Source: the human T2T-CHM13v2.0 reference genome, Homo sapiens
Assembly (NCBI RefSeq): GCF_009914755.1
Contig: NC_060927.1
Direction: 5' to 3' (one strand)
Length of the DNA stretch: 64,000 bases
Shown here: positions 55,145-64,000 of the stretch, one piece after another
Layout: every line of letters begins with the position of its first letter
How positions within the stretch are numbered: the first letter of the stretch is position 1
Made by a program: the position numbers and the translations under genes
Notes under the pieces: generated by a model
Told to the model about the DNA's origin: nothing
Database searches by the model: none
The model's input: only the letters and a program-made list of their open reading frames with translations

Positions 55145-56289
55145 GGTGGAAATCATTTTAAAAACACCCTCTTAACCATGTTACTGTCAGCTGCAGCCTC
55201 CATCACTGCCTACTTTCCAAGCAAGCAGCAGACCCAAGGGCAGTTCCCCGGATTTACTGTACCCGTGGGAATGGCTTGCTACATCCTCAGCACAACTTAC
55301 AGATGAAGCACTAAGCCTACAAGGGTGACATGACTCACCTAGGGCCCCACGACATTTTAAAGCTAAATCTCAGATGGAAACCCAGGCGACTGACCTCACT
55401 TTCATCACTTAACCATGGCTCTGTTATTCAGCACAGCAGAAAGAACTTTACTGAGAATGACAAATAACCACACTAGCAAACTCTCTGCTCTTTTCTTTTA
55501 ATGTTTCTGTTATAAGCCCAACCCATCCTGCTGAACTGCTGCCATCCCAATCTTATAGCATATGGCTCTCCCTTCCCAGGAGCGTGATACACTGTGAAAA
55601 GGTAACCAATAAAAGCCCCTTTCTTGAGCACACTGAAGTAAGGAAGACAGTTTACAAGTCACTCTCCAAAGCCCCTAGCTGGTAAGCTTAAGGAAATTCT
55701 TGAAACAGCTCTACTGCTCCATAAGAAGTAGGAAAATATGTTGCAGAAAAACAAGAAGAAAGAAGTGCGCACACACACATGCTCCCCTCACTGCATTTAC
55801 TTTGGGTATGGAAAAGTCATCACACTTCAGGGCTAAGGGCAAGTGGAGGGCAGCTATGGCTCAGGGCACCGATTAGGCATTTACTTAAGAAACTAAAAGA
55901 AGTGGGGAAAGAAAGAAGAAAATCCTTTCACCACTTACCCTGAATTCCTCAAAAGGCTGGACCCTGTCTTCTTCATCTTTGGATCCCATGGACCTATCAT
56001 AGTTACCTCACCAATTGCTGCCATCCTTTCTAAAGGTACCTCCTCCAAGAAGCCTTCACAGCTCCAACTGGTAGAGAACAGAGGTCACCAAGGCTCTACC
56101 TCAATCATATCCATAACAAATCTTAGCATAGTGCATCTTGATTCATCTGATTGGCACTCAATCTTTCCTCAACAAACTAGGAGCTTCTTAACAGCAAGAC
56201 TGGTGTTTCACATACCTGTATCCCAAGAGTAGATATAGCCCGATACTACAGTGGATACTCAGGAAATGTAGGCTGACTCCAGTGCTACA

Positions 56290-57600
56290 GGGCTTTGCCT
56301 TGGGCCCTGTCCCATTCATACTATATCAATGACTTTAAAACAACCAAATCTGTTGGTGATAATAAATTGGAAGGGAAAGCGACCACCATCAAAGACAGCA
56401 CTGATAGCCAGAATGATTTCTATAAGCTGTCTCTCAAGGTTGAAACCCATAAACAAAATAAAATCTCATGGAGAGTTGAGATAGGCATTGCATGAAGTTT
56501 CAAAATGCACATACAAAACAGAAAAGATTCCAAATTTTTAAAATCATTTTGTAAAAAATAACTGCATGTAAAAAATAGCTACATAAAAAAAATCGCTGTG
56601 TAACAACATTTGGGGAGACCTAGCCTGAGATCAACACGGGAGAAAAATGCAAGTTTTATTTGGCTACAAGCTTAACGGGAACCATCAGTGAGATACTGTT
56701 CTTCATTACTACTGCAGCTGCTACTCACAGTAACAGTAGGCGTGCCTGTAGTACCAGTAGGATAGCACTGACAGCAATTAGGATGGAAGCTACCATGTAT
56801 CCCATGCTATCTGCCAAACATGGTGCTAAGTCCCATACTACACTCTCTCACTTCCTTACAACTCTATGAAGTAGAAATCTTCATCCCCATTTAAGAAGAA
56901 AGTAAACTGAGTCTCTGAGCAGTTAAGTGACTTGCACAGGGTCACACATCTGGGAAGCCACAGTTACAGTGACAAGATTCAAACCCAGCCTGATTGGCAT
57001 CCACTAACCAAACTCTTAACTGCGGATGTAATCTGAGACCTGATGAGAAAGAACGAATAAAAAAAGGATAGCTCCACTATTATTTGCATCTATCAGACAA
57101 CATCTAGAATGCTGTGTATAATTCTGGGTGTCCATTTATAAAAAAGGACATTTTCCCCCAATTCATGTTATTCAGAGGAATGTAACTGGGTTGCCCTGAA
57201 TTGCAAACCCAGTTATCCCAGGTGCAGCAGAAGAATGGGAATGCTTATCTAGAAACAGAAAGATGGGTGGGGCAGGGGAGACGCGACAACTGTTCTTAGG
57301 TATCTGAAGAGCTTGTCTGTACAAGGCAGAAGGAAGATACATTCTTATTCTCAGCAACAGCAGAATGAGGGCCACTGAGTTGACACTTCAAGGAGGATTT
57401 GAGTTGGACAGAGGAAACTTCAGTGAGAACATCTGACAATGCAGTAAGTTGCCCCAAGTGTTGGAGAGTTACTGTTCACCAAGAAGCTTTTAGCAAGAGG
57501 CTGCAGGACCACAGCTGTCAGGGGTATCAAAGAAGGAATTCCCACAGGGGGAGAGGTTAGAGGAGGTTTCCATTTCCCACCTTTCAGATCCACTGACCCT
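56290..57600 (+). mobile_element. CR1/L3 LINE fossil interrupted by a MIR (~56790-57020)
   Basis: Degenerate RT motifs (YINDF...SVGDNKLEG, compare FINDL...FADDTKLGG) and a CR1-like 3' segment at 57070-57180. Confidence 0.6.
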
Positions 57601-58167
57601 CCAAACTAAGGAGGCCATGGTACATTTTGGTGTTCTGCTCTCTTTGCTCAGGAAGAATCAGTAGTTGTAACATGAGGCTCTGAGGGTCATTTTGTCCTGA
57701 AGTGGAAACAAACGGTATTTCTAACATTGTCCAAATGGTAACTGGAATTAGAATTCGCTCTTTTCAAGCAAGAAGCATATGTCTGGATAACGTGTTTGAA
57801 ATGTGTCTGCAGGATCTAAATATCTGAACCATACATTTGAGTTTATTTCTATTTCTCAATAGTTCTATTTTACTGGATGAAGAACCTTGCAACTGATCCA
57901 CAGTGAAAAATTACAATGAGTAAACATTAGTACTTCCTCCAGAAGACATTCATCTTCCACTAGGGAGAAGGAGATAAAATTATTTTCCCAAGCATAGTCC
58001 CAAAAGGCTGATATTTTGATCACCTTGCTTTCCCCTTGGCACTTACTCTGTATAACTTGTAGCTGTATTAAATTTATTATCAGGTGAACTTCATTATCAC
58101 TTTCGTGCTTTTTTTCATTTTGAACATTAGGTTAGTTCTCTATCAAACTGATTTATTCATGTCCTCA

Positions 58168-58552
<385 letters not shown>

Positions 58553-58912
58553 TCAACTTCCTCCCCCAGCCCCCAGCACATACTAGGTACTCAATGAATG
58601 CTTGCTTGAAATGATGAGGCTGTTGATGGGACCATCAATGGGTATGAAAGTCTTAACTAAGGAGAAAGATGATATGATATTTACCGGTTTTTGCCAGACT
58701 GAGAAAATGGCAGTCTCATCGCCTGGGCAGAGGAGGATCAGGAGGCAAGCTAAGTAACAGTCTCATGTTTCTGTTGCACACTGAGACACAGTGGTGGGAG
58801 GCCAGAGGATCACAGGGAAGGGGAACAATCAAGTGTGGAGTTTAGAGGATCTAAAAAACTACTGTGAGTCCATGCCCTAAGTCCTATCATGCAATGGCAA
58901 AGAAGTATCTGA

Positions 58913-59510
<598 letters not shown>

Positions 59511-60092
59511 TAACAGAAGCAAAACAAACTGAATCTCTGGCTAAAATGTGGTAAGTAGCAGAGATTCATTCAGAGGAGGAATACATTTTGGAAACTTTGA
59601 TCTGACTGGGCTTTGATGATCCAGGAAGCATAAGCAAAGTTTTCATGGAGAGAATGAGTATGTGATAAGCCAACAAAAGGTAAGGGTAAGAGGAATATCA
59701 GCAATCACTATTTATAAATATTGTTTTCTTTCCCTCTGCTTCTTTTTTTCTTTTTTCCCTGCCTCGCCCCACACCGCCCGCCCCATGCTTCTAAAGGCCA
59801 GCGTTTCTCATTAACTCGGCTGATGGAAGTAAGCAATATTATAATTAGATAGCCAAAACATAATATAAACAAAAACAGTAAAATAACAACATTCCTCTGA
59901 AAGTGATATAAAGTTTGCACATACAATGACAAATTAAATGTCACACAATTTCATCCAGTATAATTATTTCTAATTTGTAGACAAGGAAACTGAAGATATA
60001 TTCTACATTTAGCAGTAGTCCTTTAATATTAAGTGGCAGAGCTGTAATCCAAGTTACTTTGGTTTATTCCAAAATTAGAGTTCTTTTCCTGA

Positions 60093-60478
<386 letters not shown>

Positions 60479-60805
60479 TCACAGATCACCCCATCCTGTC
60501 ACATCATCAACTGAACAAGTCAGCATGGTACCTTGGTACTGAAAGTGAGTATGCAGATGTGGGAAATTAGAATGTTATATAACCTCTACATATTTCTTTA
60601 ACTGAAAGCACTACATAGCACCACAGATTAATATCCGTCTCAGACTTAGGCAACTGAAAAGCAAATAACCACAAACTACATTTTCAAAAACCACATTATG
60701 ATTGGGTTAAGATACATCACAGCACTGGCCATTTACTAGGTTGTATCTGTGAGGAGGGGAATGAGGCCATCTAAATGTGGCACCTCCACAGGACACACAC
60801 ATGGG

Positions 60806-60831
60806 ACACACACACACACACACACACACAC
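60806..60831. repeat. (CA)n microsatellite
   Basis: Directly visible. Confidence 0.92.
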
Positions 60832-61329
60832 GTTAACACCAAGCTGACCTTTTTTTCCCATGGCCAAATACCTCATCTTCTCTCAGATGTGTACAAAGCA
60901 CACATGGCTGTTTCCACAACCTGCTTTTGCCATAAATGACTGCCCAATAAAATAAAAACTAATGATTAACTTTTGCTCCCTGGAAATCACTGAAAAAGAA
61001 AAATATATTTCCTGAATAGCCTTTGCATACAGGGCACTGACTATTCCCAAGCTCTCTGAAGAAGCTTTAAAATTATTTGCCATTATGAGTTAGTCACAGA
61101 ACTAACATAAATACATAACACAGAAGAGGTCAGTTCCTGAATTGAAATATTTACTAACCACGTGGATATTTTGGTTGTAAACGTTCCCTGAAAATGTCTC
61201 TTCTAACCAGCCTCTGCTTATGGAACACATGGAGTCTGGACAGTCACCAAACTCCCCCAATTCCATATATCTGGAATTGGTATTATTGTAGGGTCAATAA
61301 TTATATACAGGTTCTTTGCTAAGCACTAG

Positions 61330-61950
61330 AGATACACAGTCCATTAGGGAAGAAAAGCAAATAAATTAAGATCTCAAAGAGAAATAGGACTTAACCAGAC
61401 CAGATGAGAACTACCACAGCTGTGAAGAATTGCAGGGCTCAAATCCTAGAGAGGTGAAACTGTTTTCCTTAGAGATCTATTGCCTCAAATGGCAGATGTA
61501 AGGCTGAGAAGCTGAGCAGAACTTTCAATAGACTCATGGCCTGAGGATATAAAAAATTGGAGTTTAAGGCCCTCCAAGGTGGAGGATCTATGGTAAAACC
61601 CCTAGACTTTTGGTTGGCACCCTGAAGAACTATACCCAGGGGGAACTGGAAATAGACTGGCCATTACAGGGACTGAAGCTCTGCTTCAAATCATCTCAAT
61701 TCCTGACTAGATTAAAGCTAATCTGAAATAGAAGTTTCTAGAAGCAAAGGTAAATCCTTTCCAGAGACACATCACACTATCTAGATCTCAACCTCCACAA
61801 TTTTTCACATAAAATGTCTGCTAGTCAGCCAAAACTAACCAGGCATGTGAGAAAACAAGACATGACTGAAAGCCAAGAACAACAGAAACAGATCAACATG
61901 GTGGCCAGATATTAGAGTTATCAGACAAACGTTTAAAAATGATGACTGAA
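61330..61950 (+). mobile_element. Old L1M 5'-region fragment
   Basis: ccagatattagagttatcagacaa and aaccaggcatgtgagaaaacaaga resemble the L1M ORF1 start region. Confidence 0.55.
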
Positions 61951-62262
61951 AAACACAGTGAAACAGCCCTGCACACTGACCAGAGCACCTTAAATAAAAC
62001 ATATTGACGATATCAAGCATTGATGAGAAGAACAGTTTTTGTTCTTTTTCTTTGGCTAAAAGAGAAAGTAAACACAGTAAACTGTTAACATTATGCAGTA
62101 GGTACACAGTTATCTATTACACTATTTTCTGTACTATTCTGAATTTTTGTAACACTTCATAATTAACTGTTTAAAAAAGAAAAAAAAGATGTGGCTAGAG
62201 GGATCAGCAAGGGTTAAATTATGTTAGCCTTCAGAAGTCATGTGCAAGAATTTATACTTAAT

Positions 62263-62763
<501 letters not shown>

Positions 62764-64000
62764 TTAAAGGATTTTAAACAGGGGAGTGACCTCATGTGAC
62801 TTGCTCTCTATATAGATCAGTCTAGTCACAATGTGGCAAAGAGAGGGAAGGCAGGGAGCCCTCTGGGAGGCTGCTGCAGTAACCCAGATGAGGGATGATC
62901 ATGGCTTTTCTGCTGGCAATGAAGAAAAGCTATAAAGACCTGAATTATGGAGTATGAATTGTCTAAGGATTTGGGGTTTAGTTCTCAAAACTGTTAAATT
63001 ATATCCCAGTCAAATGAGGAAGCAAAGGAGGCCACTGGGACAAAGAGAAACCTAAAATGAGAACAATTTCATTAGAGCAAGGGCAACATCCAGGATAAAG
63101 CCTGGGATTGGTGAAAAGAAAAATGTGAATTTTTCTGTAAATCCTTAGAAGAAACACAAGTAGCTCTAAAACTGAAAGCTAACAAGCGCTCAGCTCCACA
63201 CCAGATGGTCAGATAGATACATTCACAACTTGCCAGCATTCTAAGGCCTTGTGCACCCCCTTCCAAGCATGCAGATGCTTTTATCTGAGATGAAAAAAAT
63301 TCTATTTCTGATTCTGACAGCAAATGCCAAGTCACATCTTGCCGGTAGAGAATGACATCTCCCAACCACAAACCCACCTAGAATTTTACAACCTTATTCT
63401 CATTTTGACCACTACTTCCACCAGCCCCGCTGGAAAGTAAAAGAAACTGAGGAGGGATGACGGCTTCTAAAGAACTCAGCTTTTTTATCTGCAGCCCTCA
63501 AAAAGTAGATCTGTTTTCTCTAGATTATTCATGAGCAGCCCATGTGTTATTCTGTGAAGAAAAATTAAGCATATCCAACAACTTTATTCCCGTATTCTGA
63601 AAAATGAGCCTCAGGCAGAGTCTATTTCTTCAATTGCTCTGTAATCCTATATTGAGAAGATATTGAAGAATTAATTTTCTTTATCATTACCCTTTGAGCC
63701 TTTTCAAAAAGTTCAGGTTTAAAATTAAGCACATCAAGTAACCAGTCTAGCTAGTTTGGTTATAAATATACATTCTTGGAACTGACTTATGAATGACTAC
63801 TTTGCTAGAGATGGGATTTTGCATGATATTCTCCCCCCCAATCTGTTCACACCATAAAAAATATTCAGAGATGTTCTTTTTAAAGGAAGCACTTTCCACA
63901 CACATGTCCATGTAGTGTCTCAATTTGTATACATTCTGCTGGGGTAGCTTGGTTTTAGAGGCAGGGTAGTATACTATTTGCATTCAACATTTTTCACATG

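Overview
Primate (human or great-ape) genomic DNA, mostly interspersed repeats. It carries the 3' end of SUMF1 (formylglycine-generating enzyme) on the minus strand. A 60-nt penultimate coding exon lies at 30055-30114 ([20 protein letters not shown]). The terminal exon has CDS 15883-15993 ([36 protein letters not shown]), a ~1 kb 3'UTR and AATAAA at 14903-14908. Neither exon appears in the supplied ORF track, and most long ORFs in that track derive from L1 or Alu. The remainder is intron or downstream sequence filled with L1PA/L1M, Alu, MIR, L2, CR1/L3, MaLR/ERVL LTRs and DNA-transposon fossils. I found no new protein-coding system. The most unusual structures are insertion and repair scars: (1) a 5.3-kb inverted L1 with no poly(A) or 3'UTR, whose two ends reconstruct a perfect 16-bp palindromic empty site, suggesting internal priming on L1 RNA from both broken ends; (2) two local templated insertions (a 154-bp Tigger-transposase piece and a ~217-bp tail-less Alu piece) copied from 0.9-1.7 kb away; (3) an inverted Alu pair bracketing the in-frame-skippable catalytic exon. 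Repeat subfamily names come from recall of consensus sequences, not from a database run, and repeat boundaries are approximate unless a TSD is quoted.
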